NCBI GenBank assembly: GCA_000165425.1 | Contig: CT868651.1 | Location: 62,001-126,000, forward strand | Source: Paramecium tetraurelia | Taxonomy: Eukaryota | Reading direction: 5' to 3' | Length of the DNA stretch: 64,000 nt | Shown here: positions 23,155 through 37,552 of the stretch, in pieces | Layout: each line of letters opens with the position of its first letter | Numbering within the stretch: the stretch's first letter is position 1 | Position numbers and translations under genes: made by a program | Notes under the pieces: model-generated | What the model saw: the letters and a program-made list of their open reading frames with translations, nothing else | Told to the model about the DNA's origin: nothing | Database searches by the model: none

Positions 23155-25467
23155 ATGAAGTTTGCAAAATTATTTTTGAATGCTATGATACCTGAGTGGA
23201 TAAAGTTATACTTAAACTACAAACTATTAAAAACCCAATTGTCCAGTTCAGTTTTCATAAAGAAAAAAATAAAATTATTGAAAAGTAAATACAAGACAAA
23301 AAAAAAATAGTATAAATAAGAGAAGCAGAAACTGCTAGAAAACGAACTAGTCTCAACTAAAATTAAGGGGGATCTTCGTGGCTTTTGTGACACTATCAAA
23401 GATGACTTGATTAAGATATAATCTTTTCTCATTTGGAAATATTAGGATATCCAAAAAAAAAACAATAAATTACAAGAGCAAATAAAACTTATGAAGAAAT
23501 AACTAGAGTTTATTAAATTAAAGTAATATATGGGTGATGAAACAGATTTTAAAAAACACTTGCAGGATTTCAAAGAGAAATCATATATTCTTAAATAAAC
23601 TATTTATCAATTCTATATTGAAATTTTACAATACAAAAGCTTCGTAACTAGCAATCATTAAGGGCTGATTAAGATATTAAAAAAATACAAAAAGTGGTCA
23701 ATCACATAATTCAGGGATAAATAATTTGAAAGCCTTGTTCTTAGCGAAGTTATGAATGAAATTTTAATTCTCAAGAAAGTTCCAGATAAATGTTCTCAGT
23801 TACTCAATGTCACTGAAAGACTTTTACTTAACAATTTTTATGCCCTTAATCCCAAAAAAGGGAGATATAATCTTAGGAAGTATCAGCAACAAAAAAGTGT
23901 TAAGGGTGAAATTTTGTTTAAATTTGGTTTGTTCATTGGTTTCGCTTTAGTATTATTAACATTTATATTTTTATTAAGAATTGAAGGGTACATCGATCCA
24001 GATAATAATTAAAATCAGCACAGTATCTTTTAGAAGATGTTCCCATGTTTTAGAGGATTGGCTTTGTTCATAATATATTATTGGTACTTAGCTCTGGATT
24101 TGTGGGGTTGGACTCATTTCAGAATAAATTATAAAATATACCTAGGATTCAATCATCATTTCTCAACTGTAGAGGAAGTGTTTAAACGTGTGAGTTATTT
24201 CTCAGCGATGTTCTTATTATCCTTTGTTTTCTACAGTCTCTAAGCTGAAAACATAGATCCCTTTTCATATAGGGATTCATATACTAAATACATACCCCTT
24301 GTTTTGTGGTGTATTTTGTTGCTATACATATTTTTCCCGTTTACCACCATTCTAAATGGTCCAGGTAGAGTTTGGCTATACAAAATCCTGGCTGGAGCTG
24401 TATATGGACATTTCATTAAATATGAATCCAGATTCACCTTCTGTTTGGATCAATTTATTTCGATGGCTATACCGTTGAGGGATCTTGACTATACAATCTG
24501 CTATTACAAAACGATAGTACAAATAATTTGATAATTAGTGGCAAACCGGAGAGATCCATGATAACGAATGCTTTTCTTCTAATCGATTGACAGGTGCTTT
24601 GATTGCTATCATACCTTTTTCTATGAAAACCATACATTACATAACGAGAGCCCGAGACAAGGGAAAGTTTTGGCATACTGATGAAATGTGGAATTTCTTT
24701 AAAACCCTATTGGCAACTTGGGTAGCAGTTCTCTCGTTTCTAGCTAATAAGCATTATATTTATAGGATAATTTGGATACCATTTGCTGCATTTTGTTCTT
24801 TGTTTTAGTACTGGTGGGATTTGAAGAAAGATTGGCTGTTTTTTGAGAAAGGGTCAAATGTGAGATTTTTAAGGAATGATTTGGGTTACAATCATCCATG
24901 TATCTATTATTTTATTGGGATATCCAACTTCTTTTTGAGACTGACTTGGATACTAACGGTATCACCAAATATGTATCTATATCTCAATATAACAAATAAA
25001 GAATTGTTTATTTTCGTTATTGGATTTCTGGAAATGACAAGAAGTAAAGCAGCATTATTAATTATTAGGATTAATTAATAATTTTATCAAGATCGAGAAA
25101 GAATATATCACAAACCTGAGATCTCTCAAAACGACCAGAGAAATTGTGTATCCATTTGCAAACTAAGACAAGAGTAATTTCTAAGAGTAATTATGATTCT
25201 TATTCAATTAGTATACCTGATAGATTAACTTTGTCAGGCTTATATCTGAATGAATAGGATAAATCAGATGAAGACTTGATTCAGTTGTTTCGAGCCACCA
25301 CTAATATGTTAGAGAAGAGCGATTTAAATAAAAGTGATTATTTATTCTAAGGATTTCAACCTGACATGGAAATACTAGAAAGAGCCAAGAAATAAGAGAA
25401 ATTTCAAGAATCATAAATTCGAAAGATAAAACAAGAGAACAAGAATCTTAAGGCATAATTAATTTGA
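23155..25467 (+). CDS. SPX-EXS phosphate exporter (XPR1/PHO1/SYG1 family)
   Basis: MKFAKLFLNAMIPEWIKLYLNYKLLK, KILKKYKK lysine cluster, and EXS motifs (RINYKIYLGF, DQFISM, WWDLKKDW, NFFLRLTW, LEMTR). Confidence 0.93.
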
Positions 25468-26181
25468 AATAAATGCTAAACAGCCTTTCAAATTTTGTTA
25501 TTTTATAACAATGAAATTAAGAATCATAAATAAACACTATTTCAAATTTAGTATAATTAGTAATTTTGTAGTAATCTTATCAAAAGGTTTTAGTAAATAA
25601 TATCATCTATTTGTAATCTATTTTTTCAAGTCAATTTGATCTTCTCTTTACTCAATAATCTTAATATTTTTAATTGTAATGTATAAATCTAATTTAGAAT
25701 TAATAGTTAGATATCTTTTTGAAATTCTATTGGATTATAATAATCATGCTGAAATTTAGCGTTAAATATACAAAAATAAGTATATTATAATTAATCTGTT
25801 TTAACGGGTTTATCTAAAAAATAGCCGTGAAAACAAATAAACTATACAGTATTTCATTTAAATATTTCCTTAATAAGTGATATAAATTTATATTCAAAAA
25901 GTTACAATTTATATATTAAATATGAATGGCTAATAAATTAGCAAAATAATACAGTGATTAATATTAGTCTCATGAATTAATTAATTAAATTTATGTAATT
26001 AGAAGCAGAAAATGTTAAATGAAAGGAAGATGCATGGTAAAATGGGTTGGATATCAACAAGAACTAATTAAAAGGTGTATGGGCAGAAAATATAATGTTT
26101 ATTATTAATAAATATAAATATTTGGGATTGTTTTAATTTGTTACTTATGGATTCATTTCAAAATATACAAAACAATATTAA

Positions 26182-26607
26182 ATGGAATAATTTTAATTGG
26201 CATCGGCAATATTTTTGAAGGAATTTTTGAAACTAGTTGATATATAGAATTTGAATCTAGAAAGCATAGATGAGCATATAGAGTATTTGAAGTCCCAAAT
26301 TTTATTGGATCAGGAGTCCGATGAACAGATAAAAATGGAGTAGAACTGCAATCCCTAAGTGGAATATCCTGAATTCGAACACCACATGCGATAGAAAACA
26401 AAAAAAAAACATTCAAACAAAGAGAGGAGTAATGGTGACAAGTATTTCAATTGTTCAAAATGTAGCAAGAAATTTAATCATCCCTCAAGTTTATCTAGAC
26501 ATAAGAAGAATCAACATAAAATCGTAAAGAAAGACAAGTTTGAATTGAACCAGCTTCAATCCCAGCAACAGGAAGTTGTCATTAATTTGATGGATCTCGA
26601 CATTTGA
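26182..26607 (+). CDS. Single C2H2 zinc-finger protein (141 aa)
   Basis: Intronless code-6 ORF containing FNCSKCSKKFNHPSSLSRHKKNQH. Confidence 0.85.
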
Positions 26608-26736
26608 ATGTGATTATTAATTGCAAAATACACAAAAAGGATATGATATATTTTGATTTTGTGCTCATTTATACATTATATTAATCAATTTACGTTGTTG
26701 ACAATAATGAGTTATGATTTCTTATTGAGAACTATC

Positions 26737-29057
26737 ATGGCAGGATAGCAAATAAAAGATGAGCTCGTAACCTTTGATCCTGATTGCATCCCTCCCAACT
26801 TTGAAATAGCACGGCTGCATTAAGTATACAATCCGTTGAATATGAGAAAGCGAGTGCAGTTGGCAAAAACTCAGCAGAAGAGGAAATCGTTAATATGTAG
26901 GAAGCACGTTGTCCATGCTGTTTAAAATGGACAGAGAAGGCTCCGCTGTCAATGAAAGTAAGTCCATTGAAGTTATCCTTCCTTGGAACAGGAGTGCCAC
27001 TATTTTTCGATTTCATAAAATAATGCATAACCATTTTGATCATCATGTTTTGTACCTCAGGAGACTACAATTTAATAACCAACATTGCTTTTGGGACGAG
27101 TTGTCAAAAGGATCTGGATGATACGAATACAAGTGACAATTGTGACTTGAATTATATCACATAGTCATCCTTGGCAAATAAGCGTTTGGATTCTTCACTG
27201 ATGAACCTGCAATAGATGTTGAATTTGGTCTCGATCTTTATCATAATCATCTTGCTTCAATACATTAGAATTTAATAAAGGACTATCCTCAGAGATTGTG
27301 ATTTCCACACAACCACTCCTTCAGATTTCGGAGTGAAATTGAGTCATATTCCAGTAGATAATGCTGGCTAGATCAAAGATCGACTTAGTAAAGTGCTGAA
27401 TGAATTCTTGGAAAAAAGTAATCATTTTTGAGATATGCATTTAGATGTTCCATACGATCCAAAAGTATTAAAATACATGGAGTCTAAGATGAAGAGAAAG
27501 AATGTCAAAAAGGGGTATAAGATTCCTCCCAGAATCCATTCAATTACACTGTGTTATGACATTTCGAAATACGAGTAGTTGAATGCTAAGAAGGAATCCT
27601 TTGTGAAGGAGAAGTAGAAGTATCTGGAAAAAATGTATGAAAATTACAGTCCAGAGGATGGGTTATTTTAGAAGGTGGATGGAGTGTATGTGGATAATGA
27701 ACTCAATGAAATCGAAAAGAATCTCGAGGCAGGTAGGTAACAAGTGAAGCTGTATTTTGATTAATTCCTTGATTCGAATAGCGAGTAGAAGGAATTTGTG
27801 GGAATTGCATTTGTGACCTTCTAATGGGAAGCAGATTAGGAAGCCTTCATAAATCTAAATAGAACGACTGTTTGGGGCAGATATTTTGGGGAGTAGACTA
27901 AAATATTTTTGGATGATTAAAACATCGTTGTGGATGAGGCTCCAGAGCCAAATGATATCAGTTGGCAAAACTTGCATATTGGAAACAACAAGAAGATATT
28001 TAATAGGATATTGAGCGTAATCTTAATTGGTATATAATTATGTTTTACAAGTTGGGCTATTTTCAACATTTCTAAACTATAATAAGAATTGTTGGAGAAA
28101 GAGAATCTGCTTTTAAAGAAGTTAGCATCTCTTGCTTCAGTGATCATCATATTCATAAACTACTTATTGTCTTATAGCATTAAAAAGATTGCAGCATTCC
28201 AAGGGTTTTCAACCAACACTGGTCATCATATTTCAATTGCTACTTCAGCTGGCATTGCTCAATTTGTGAATAGTGCCTTGGTGACATGGCTAGTGTTCAC
28301 ACTTCTTTTCGATGAAAACTATTACAAAGATGGAGGTCTAATTTATAACCAGACCTATGTGTTCATCTCCAATATGATAATCCCTGCTGTGACTGCAATT
28401 CTAGATCCATTTTACTGGCTCAAAGTGTATTAGCGATATTCGGAAGAGTAGAAGGGGAAGTACTCTGTGTGTACCCAAGAACAATTGCATAAGTAGATTC
28501 AGGTTTCTATTTGATAGACTATTTGAAAACAACGAGGAAACACTATCTGATCGTTATGCTGGCATAATTAAAACCATGCTAATGACTTCGTTCTATGCGA
28601 GTATCATACCTTTGGGCATATTATTTTCAATTGGGGCTTTGACTCTATTATATTGGGTCTATAAGTACTAGTTCCTGAGGAGAAGAACATTCAAATAATC
28701 TTTGAGTTTCAATCTATCCATTGAAATGACGGAGGTGTTGGAATACATGATTCCTATTTACTGTGTAAGGTCATTGTTTTAATTTAGTTTTCTAATTTCT
28801 GGTTTTAATACACTTTTACTAAAGGGAAGGATGTCTCTTCATTTGCGATAATCGGAGTGGTTATTGGAATAGTTAATGCTGTCTTGCCGTGCTATGAACT
28901 GAATTAGGCTCTCTTCATTATAGAGGATTACGAGTAGGTCACAAGGCCTTACAAAAAGATAGAGAAATCGTTGGATAGTGATTATAGTAGGAACAATCCA
29001 GCCACTCAAGATCAGGCCAAGGAGAAATTCATTTAAAGTATGCGCGTTAATAAATGA
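26737..29057 (+). CDS. OSCA/TMEM63 (CSC1)-like mechanosensitive cation channel
   Basis: IPPNFEIARLH, CPCC, GTGVPLFFDFIK, GIAFVTF, EAPEPNDISWQNL, and many TM helices ending around YWVYKYQFLRR. Confidence 0.85.
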
Positions 29058-29098
29058 CGTTATGGGATGCATAAATAAACAATATATAATTAAATATT

Positions 29099-30920
29099 AT
29101 GAATAAATCGTCCATGACTGGCAGTGGAATTTCTGACAAGGCTCAAATCATCAACAATAAGGAAATCTTGGAGTAGTTTGAGAATGGAGGTATGATTCGA
29201 ACAATCGAATATAATAGAAAAAATTATGTTGTCTACCTTGATCATAAAAGTTAATTAGAACTAAAAGAAATAGGAAAGGATTTTCTTGATTACCAATAAA
29301 TATGTATACAACATCATTCCGAAATCAGACAGCAGAATTATGCAGATCTTTGGTAATTGTTATTTCTCTATATCAATCATATAGGCAAAATCATGTCAAA
29401 TCAGATCAAAAGAAAAATCAGGTTGTCTGCTATTCAAGCAGTAAGTGTTACAAGTCTTGGAGCAGAGTTTGTAATTCATGTTCCAAATGAATACGATTAT
29501 CGCTTCTAATCTGCTGATTAGTAATAACTCTATTAATACAATAGTCGTAAATAAATATTGGAAACCTTATGTTAATGTTTTTAGTTGGTTAATTAAAGGA
29601 AATTGCCATTCTTCTTTAAAGAGGATTTTACACTAGTATCTGTATGCACAACTGAGAATGATGTCAAAAAAGGCATTAAAAGATTCCCCACAGAAAAACC
29701 AATAGTATACTATCATCCATGATGTGTTTAGGAATTGGATGTCTCGGAGTTGAGAGAATATAGCAATAGAAAGCCATAAGAACAATTAGTTTATAAGCGT
29801 CCTGGTCTTCAGAAATAAGTGAGCAGCAACATGATCTCAATTGAAGATTTTGATCTTATTAAAGTGTTGGGAAGAGGAGCATTCGGAAAAGTATTTCTAT
29901 TTGTTCCCTATACTCATCTAGGTTATGATGTGTGAGAAGAAAGAGACCAAGGAATTGTTTGCCATCAAATCATTACGTAAAGAACACATCATGGACAAGA
30001 ATTAATTAGAGCATACTAGAGCAGAAAGAAAATTGTTGGAAGAAATTGATAATCCATTCTTAATTTCTCTTGAATATGCCTTCCAAACACAAGAGAAGTT
30101 GTTTTTTGTCATGAGATTCATGCGAGGAGGAGAATTATTCAAACATCTCAGAGATAAAAGAAGATTCCCAGAATCAACAGCTTAGTTTTATGCTGCGTCT
30201 ATTTTATTAGCATTAGAATACTTACATAAAATGCAAGTTGTTTATAGAGATTTAAAGCCTGAAAACATTTTAATGGATGAATTTGGTTATATCAAAATGA
30301 CTGATTATGGATTGGCTAAATTCTTGAAACCTGGAGATTTCACCTATTCATTTGTTGGAACTCCTGAGTATTTGGCTCCAGAAATCATTAGACAAAATGG
30401 ACATGGTCTTGGTGTAGATTGGTGGTCATTTGGAATCCTAATTTATGAAATGGTAGTAGGAAGACCACCTTTTTTCTCGTAAAACTAATCATAATTATTT
30501 AAATCCATCGTTGAATCCGATGTTGTCTTCCCATCTCAATTGACTCTTAGTATTCAAATCAAAGATCTCATAACATAAGTATTAATACTTTTATATTAAA
30601 TAGCTATTAACCAAAAACCCTTTTGAAAGATTGGGACATAATGGAGATGCATAATCAATCAAAGAACACCCTTGGTTCAGAGACTACCCTTTTCAAGACT
30701 TGATTGATAAGAAACTTTAAGCTCCTATTGTTCCAAAGTTGTATGACAAGTTAGATGTGCAGAATTTCGATTAAGAATTCACTAGAGAAGGTATTTTAAA
30801 TAGCATTTATGTTTAGAGGCAATGAATTCAATAGTAAACATGGATCCTAAACTAATAGAAAAGTTTAAATAAGACTTTGGAGGTGTAACCTATGTTCCAA
30901 ATAACAATGGACTGAATTGA
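29099..30920 (+). CDS. AGC kinase (PKB/SGK/RSK-like) with N-terminal myosin-I TH1-like PH domain
   Basis: [36 protein letters not shown]; kinase [34 protein letters not shown] tail NFDQEFT..FGGVTY. Confidence 0.92.
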
Positions 30921-31118
30921 ATTTATGTTTATTTTCATAGTTATTCGGATTAATTTTGTTTAATATTTTATTATTATTAAATTAAAATATATTTATTTAA
31001 TAGTCGAATATCCATATAATAAGGATTCTTACAGAATTTATGGATTTGATATATATAATCTTGAATTTGTAGATAAATATATATATTGAAAAACGAAAAT
31101 TGCTTAAAATCATTGTAA

Positions 31119-32272
31119 TCATGCAACCTTTTATCCATTTATGTAATTTTCTATAATTGATTCCCCATTTGGCTTAGTTATCGTTGCTTAGCCTTCTATC
31201 TATCCATTAACCCAAATTCCTTTCAAGATTGTTCCATTGCTCCATTTAAACGTCCCTATTCCATTCTTCTTATCATCAACAAACGATCCTATAATCTACA
31301 TACAAGATTATACCTTTATAAACATCATTTGTTTTATTAGTAAATGTTCCAAATCCATCAATCTTATTACATTTCCACTCTCCTATGTAATGACTACCAT
31401 CATTCCAATGATATTCTCCCTATCCTTCGTATTACCCATCTACGAATTCCCCTTTATACAATTGATTATCAATATATTTGATTGTTCCAAACCCATTTTT
31501 CTTTCCCCATTTAAACATTCCTTCGTATTTAGATTTATTCATTTTAATCTCTAATCCTTAACCATCCTAAGTTATAATTTTATAAAATACTTTTTCTCCG
31601 TTTTCCCAATTTCCTTCATAATATGATTCATAACTACTAAAAATTCCAAATCCATGATACTTTCCCTACATCCAATATCCAGTGTATGTGTCGTTATTCT
31701 CATAAATCATTCTTCCATGACCGTCCTTTAGATCATTAATCCAACTTCCCACATATATTGACCCATTCTAGTAAATGCACAGTCCAAATCCATCTCTTTG
31801 CTATCTCAACCATTAGCCTTAATAAGTAAGTCTTTCATTGCACTTAATAAATTAAATAATAGGTTAACTGGCCAATGCCTAGGCTTTGTGACCAGAGGGA
31901 GATTCATATGAGGTCAATGAATATCTAGTCTTTTCTACTTTTATCAAAGGCAATTGATTCAATAGCTCAAAAGTTTCGGGCAATTCAGTCTCATATAAAT
32001 TTAGATTCAACCCTTAAGATTTTAGTTTACTTCTAGGTTTTCCTTAATCCAATTCCAGTATTTCAGATGTCTTCCTTGTTACTCCCCTAGTAGAATTAAG
32101 TTCTTCGATATTAGGAGATCGCTTGTCTCCCTCGTTCAAATTAGAGCTTTCATTAAGAGTGTCCTCAATTAAGTATTTTTATTGCAAGATATCTGATGAT
32201 AATGTATAAATCAATACCAACTTGAAATTAGTTTGTATTACTATATTTAGGTGATTATTGTGAATTACCCAT
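31119..32272 (-). CDS. MORN-repeat protein with predicted N-myristoylation
   Basis: Starts MGNSQ; repeats such as [56 protein letters not shown]. Confidence 0.9.
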
Positions 32273-33505
32273 CAACAAATTATAATTTAATTATCTTTGA
32301 TTACTTTTTGCTTAGGTTAGTTTTATAATAATTTTTATGGGATCATATTTACATTCAAAATCTATTTTATTAAGAATTATTGAAAATTTATATAGAATAT
32401 CAAGCAAAACTATTTACTGGTTTACATAATAAATTTTATAAAATATATCAATTTTTAAATTTATCTAATTAAATTACAATCTATATTTTAATTTAAATAA
32501 AATTTAAATTAATATATTATTCTAGACTTTTTAATTTATAGTAATGTTGTAATGCTTCTGGAAGTAACATTTGAGAAATCAGTATTTATTTCTAAACCAA
32601 ATTATAAAACATAAGCATACCAATAATTAAGATGGGAATAATATTTAGAAGATTTGAGGAAGAACACATCTTTCTGAATTTATGACACAAAATGTATTTT
32701 TTAAAATCAACGGCTCTATATATATTGCTATCTATTGTCTAGCATTTTAAGGGAAAATATATTTTTTTAATCATTTAACTTTTATTCATATATTCAAGTT
32801 TTTGTAAATTGGAAATTGAAATGAGTCTTTTTTCCTATTTATCAACATTCTGAATCGTGTAATTGCTTCTTCTAAGATTGATATCAAAATATAATAGGTC
32901 AAATATTCAAAATCTATAGATATTGATAATAATAAATTGCAACTATTAAATTTAATGTAAAATTCACATTCTTTTTATAAAGTAAATAGATAGCAATAAA
33001 ATGAATTTCTTTGTATTTAACGAATTATATATATAAGAATCATTATCAAATTATTTTCTTTAAATAATCTATGATTCATCTTTATTAATAGTATTTGATA
33101 TTTTCAATATAATTTAACATTATTATAAAATCAAATTTTGAAAGGTCTCTTTATCATTCTTGAAAATCTTAAATAATTTACAGGACTGGAATTTAGATCT
33201 GCTGCAATCGAATGTGAATTAGAATACATATAAGAATGTTGGAATTTAGAAGGCCTCAAGTTATAAAAATATTAATTAAAATAAATTCGTTCCTAGTTAC
33301 TTTCTGTAATAAATACTTAAATTCACTTTTTTTATCACTATAAACAATACTGTGAAAAGATTTGAGTGTTTAGTAATTATATTTAGTTTTAAAGATGCTT
33401 TTAATATAAATAGTATTAAATAAAGATAAATTATATTTCTGTTCTCTAGAATAATACCTATAAATTCTTTGTTGTTCATATTTGTCTAAATCACAAATTC
33501 AATTA

Positions 33506-35750
33506 TCAAGATGATTCTTTGAGTAATAAATCTTATCAATTTAATAGTTTCATAAAATCATTATTCTGAAATCTTTTATAGTATTTGGATTTATCCGTTA
33601 GAGCCAGGCACAGATTCTGAAGAAAAAAGAGTAACGCACTATGAAAATGTAATCTATTAATGACTATAAGGGTCAATGATGTTCAAGTATTTCTCAATAT
33701 CAAGATCTCCTGCTCCAAAGTTTAGAACATCAATTAAGTTTCGAAATTCATTCTAATGACTAGAATTATAATAATTACTTCATCAATAATTCCATTAGCA
33801 TCTGTATCCATTTGTTTAAAAGTCATAATAAATTTCTTCAGATATTTCTCATGGGATTTTAATTGGAAATCTAATATTATCTTCTGAAACACTGAATATT
33901 CTAACTTATATTTATCTTTTTCTTGAAGTAATGACAATTGTTCTTCCCTAGTCAACCTTCTATCTGGATTTTTGTGAGGTACGATGTAGTATTATTTTAA
34001 TTTGTTCAATAGTAATTCAGAATCTTCTTGGTTGTACATATATTTGATAATGTCTACAGCCTCTTCCTCATAAAGTTGTCCATTTATCCTTTGATTAAGC
34101 ATTTCCTTGATTTCTGCTTAATGTTTCAATGGAAATTTGCCTCTTAAGTACATCTTTGATATTGATAATAATATACTTTTAATAATTCTTGCATGGTATT
34201 TTTGACTTGGGTCTAAACAAAGCGAAACTCCTCATCACATTCATTCCTTAGTATTTTACCAAACACAGCCACATCATTATCCTCAGCTGAATACTTTTTA
34301 AGTGCATTAACTATTGATGTAGCCCACTCAATAATGAGACTCTTAAGTCCATATTTCTAATTTAGAAAAGTATACATATGTTATTCCATGGTTTCTCTGG
34401 GCAGTTTAGATTCAGCACATTTCTAATCAAATTTTTGTTTGCTTTCATAGATTTCTTGAATGACATCTTTTAGTTATTTCAATGTTAAGTGTCTGACATT
34501 AATTTATTGAGGTACTGAATTAAGATTTTAAGATTGTTTTGATTAAAAAATAACATTATTTTATTGACTAGAGGATTGGTGATTTTTAGTATAATTTTAC
34601 GATTGATATGAGTCACTTTATTATTTTATTACATGTTCCGAATTAGGTATTGATGACTTGTCACCTTTTGAATGTTTTATGAGTAAATCTAGATATCTCT
34701 TATTTTCCTTTTCTAATTCAGCATTTTATTATTGAAGTTCTGATAACTCTAATCTCAATCTATTTTCAACTGCTTTATCTCCTTGTTATGGTTGATTCAC
34801 TTGTTTTTTATTATCAACAATTTAGGATGTGTTTTTAGATTAAGGTTTGACATTTTGAATCACATTAAACAGGTCATTGAAAATTGATAAATGCATATCA
34901 TGAATTTTGGTGATTATTACATCCAAGCTTTTATCATTAGCTTTGAAATGCTTAATGATTGATTTGAAGCAGATTTCATATAAGTTAAATTTTGCCTAAG
35001 AATAAATTTAAGTATTACTGTTAAAATATAAAGATTGGTTAAGTGATCAGGATTGTTTTGTTTTAGCTTCTATTATAGTTCAAGCATTATTGCTCTTATT
35101 TAATGATCGAATTGTTTATCTTCTTGATTCTCTTACTTGTATTCTCTTATGCTATCATATAATATCTAACAATATTCATTATCAAAATACAGCCATCTAT
35201 TCTAGATCGTATTACTAAAGAGTAATATCTTAAACTGCACTCATGGATCTATCAGATTGTTGTTCACTTTATTACTCCTAGGTTTCATCGGCTCCCTCTT
35301 ATTCTCCATTCACTTTTTAGGAATTCAAAATTTAAAGATTGGATAGGCATTCTAAAATGAATTACTCCTCTTCCTTTGATTGTATAGTAATTTCAAGATG
35401 AATCAAATTGGGCATCGTTGATAATGCATCCACAACTTGGCCTAACTAAAATAATTTATGAAAAGTATTAACATCAGAGAAAATGTTATTGGAGATATCA
35501 AGAACTTCGACAGTGTCTAATAAACTTAAATCATCAGGTAAGTAAGCCAAACGATTTCCATGCAAGTTAAGCTATTTATCTCATTTAGAAATTACTTCTT
35601 TTAGATTGCTAAAATTTGCTAATTATGGCAATAAATCCTCTAAATTTTCAATTGATCTATTAAGATAGATATAGAATGGTACTTGAATTCCAGATCTATA
35701 TTTGTAACATTAGTTCCTTGAGTTTTTAATATATGTTATAATGCTTCCAT
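33506..35750 (-). CDS. LRR + coiled-coil + conserved helical domain + EF-hand protein
   Basis: LRRs (LKELNLHGNRLAYLP, VEVLDISNN); RETMEQHMYTFLNQKYGLK..EWA..DNDVAVFGKILRNECDEEF (reminiscent of TSNAXIP1-like C-termini, by eye); EF loop DTDANGIIDE. Confidence 0.82.
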
Positions 35751-36868
35751 TGTAAAAAATTGAATTTTGAAATAAATAATTATAATTTTAATCAAGTTTA
35801 ATATTATGTTAACTTATTTTACATTATGAACATAGATTATTCTCCATAAACTAATTTTAATTTGAAATAGACAGCAATTCTTAATATAGTGTTGAATACC
35901 TTTGAACATAACCTTGATGTATAGATAAAATCTATAATATTAATATATTATTTTATTCAATATTAACACAATATGTTGAGTTGATTATGAAAAATAATAT
36001 TTGAATAAACTTAGAATACTACTGCTCACAAACAATTTAAAATAGAAGGAGAATCAAAGTATATTGCATACTTAATCAAGTTATCAATCAATTATTTTGA
36101 AAAGATTTAAATATTGAACGAAATTTGATTGTAATTTTATGATATTCTTTGTATAAATATGAGTATTTTTAATTTAGAAATTAAAAAATTGAAGGAGAAC
36201 TAATGAATTAGGATTATTAATAAACGATAATGTTATAAAATAGAGTATTCAAACATAAGGTTAAGTATTGAAATAACGAAACAATAAATAGAAACTCAAA
36301 ACTGATAAAAGTGATTGTTAATCATAGTTTAATTTTGGATTTGTGTTAAATTTATACATGTAGTGTATTAATATATATCGAGAAATAGAGATAAAATAAT
36401 ACAAAAATTTAAGAAAGTATGTTGTATTTGAAATGAATTTCTTTTTGATTATGATTTTGGAAATGGGAATGTATAATGACTATTATGATAATGGTTTTGG
36501 TTTAATGATTTGAATGATATCAGATAATGTCATCGTGATAATTTCTATATCTTGTTAGACGGACAGAGTTTTCAGCATAAGCGAATTGATGAGTGTTATA
36601 GGTGGCTATAATAGATTAAGTTAGATGTACTTAAAAATGGAATTAGACTTGATGCTGCAAATATAGTTCTGGCAGTGAAATTATAAATGTGTTGGACTGT
36701 TTGGAAACTTTGTAAACCAAATACAAAATTCCATGGCCAAGTTACTAGTTTTCTGACTTAATTTCTTTAATCAATAAAATCAAGTGTTCTTTCTGACATT
36801 TATTCTTTGATAAATATATTATTAATTGATTGGATTTTATTTTTTAATTATATCTATAATTATTTAAT

Positions 36869-37552
36869 ATGGGTATCTGTACGTCTGACCCTTTACCAGG
36901 AGGAGTTGATCAATCAGAAACCAAGCCTGAAGACATTAAACCAGTTGTTGATTAAAGCTCACAATAATTCCAAAAAGAAGAAAATGAGGCAGCTCTGAAA
37001 ATTTAAACTGGATTAAGAGGGAAAAAGGCCAAATAAGAGTTATAGAAAAAAAAGGAAGAACTGGAATAAGACAAGCCTAAAGAGTGGGAAGAATACGAAG
37101 AAAAATTTGAAGAACCAGAATTACCTAAAACCTTTAAAGATAGAGTCAACTACAAACCAACAAATGAAGATCGCATTTTTCCCCCTTACTTGGGACCAGA
37201 AGGAAGTGTGTATAATGGGTAATGGAACAAAGGAGAAGTAAATGGATATGGATAAATGTTAAAACCCGATGGAACATATCTTAAGGGCTTGTGGAAGTAA
37301 AATATCTTTCAAGAAGGAGGAATTCTCTATCCAAATGGAGATTATTATGTAAAACCAATGTATTATTTTTAGATTGGAACATCAAAACATGGACAGCGAT
37401 TCTTTGCCAATGGATTAATTTACCATGGTGAAACCGACTTTGGAGTCCCTCATGGCCATGGCGAAGAAACACATCCTGATGGAAGAAAAAACGAAGCATT
37501 TTATTAATAAGGATAAAAGGTGTAATAAGAGCATAATCATTAGAATCATTGA
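36869..37552 (+). CDS. Predicted dual-acylated IQ-motif + MORN-repeat protein
   Basis: Starts MGICTS; IQ motif AALKIQTGLRGKKAKQEL; MORNs YNGQWNKGEVNGYG, YHGETDFGVPHGHG; one intron. Confidence 0.87.

Noticed and set aside
36430..36760. Less AT-rich patch with MORN-like words (WFNDL) upstream of the IQ-MORN gene
   Set aside because: No coherent start, frame or repeat spacing; it could be a relic but cannot be supported.
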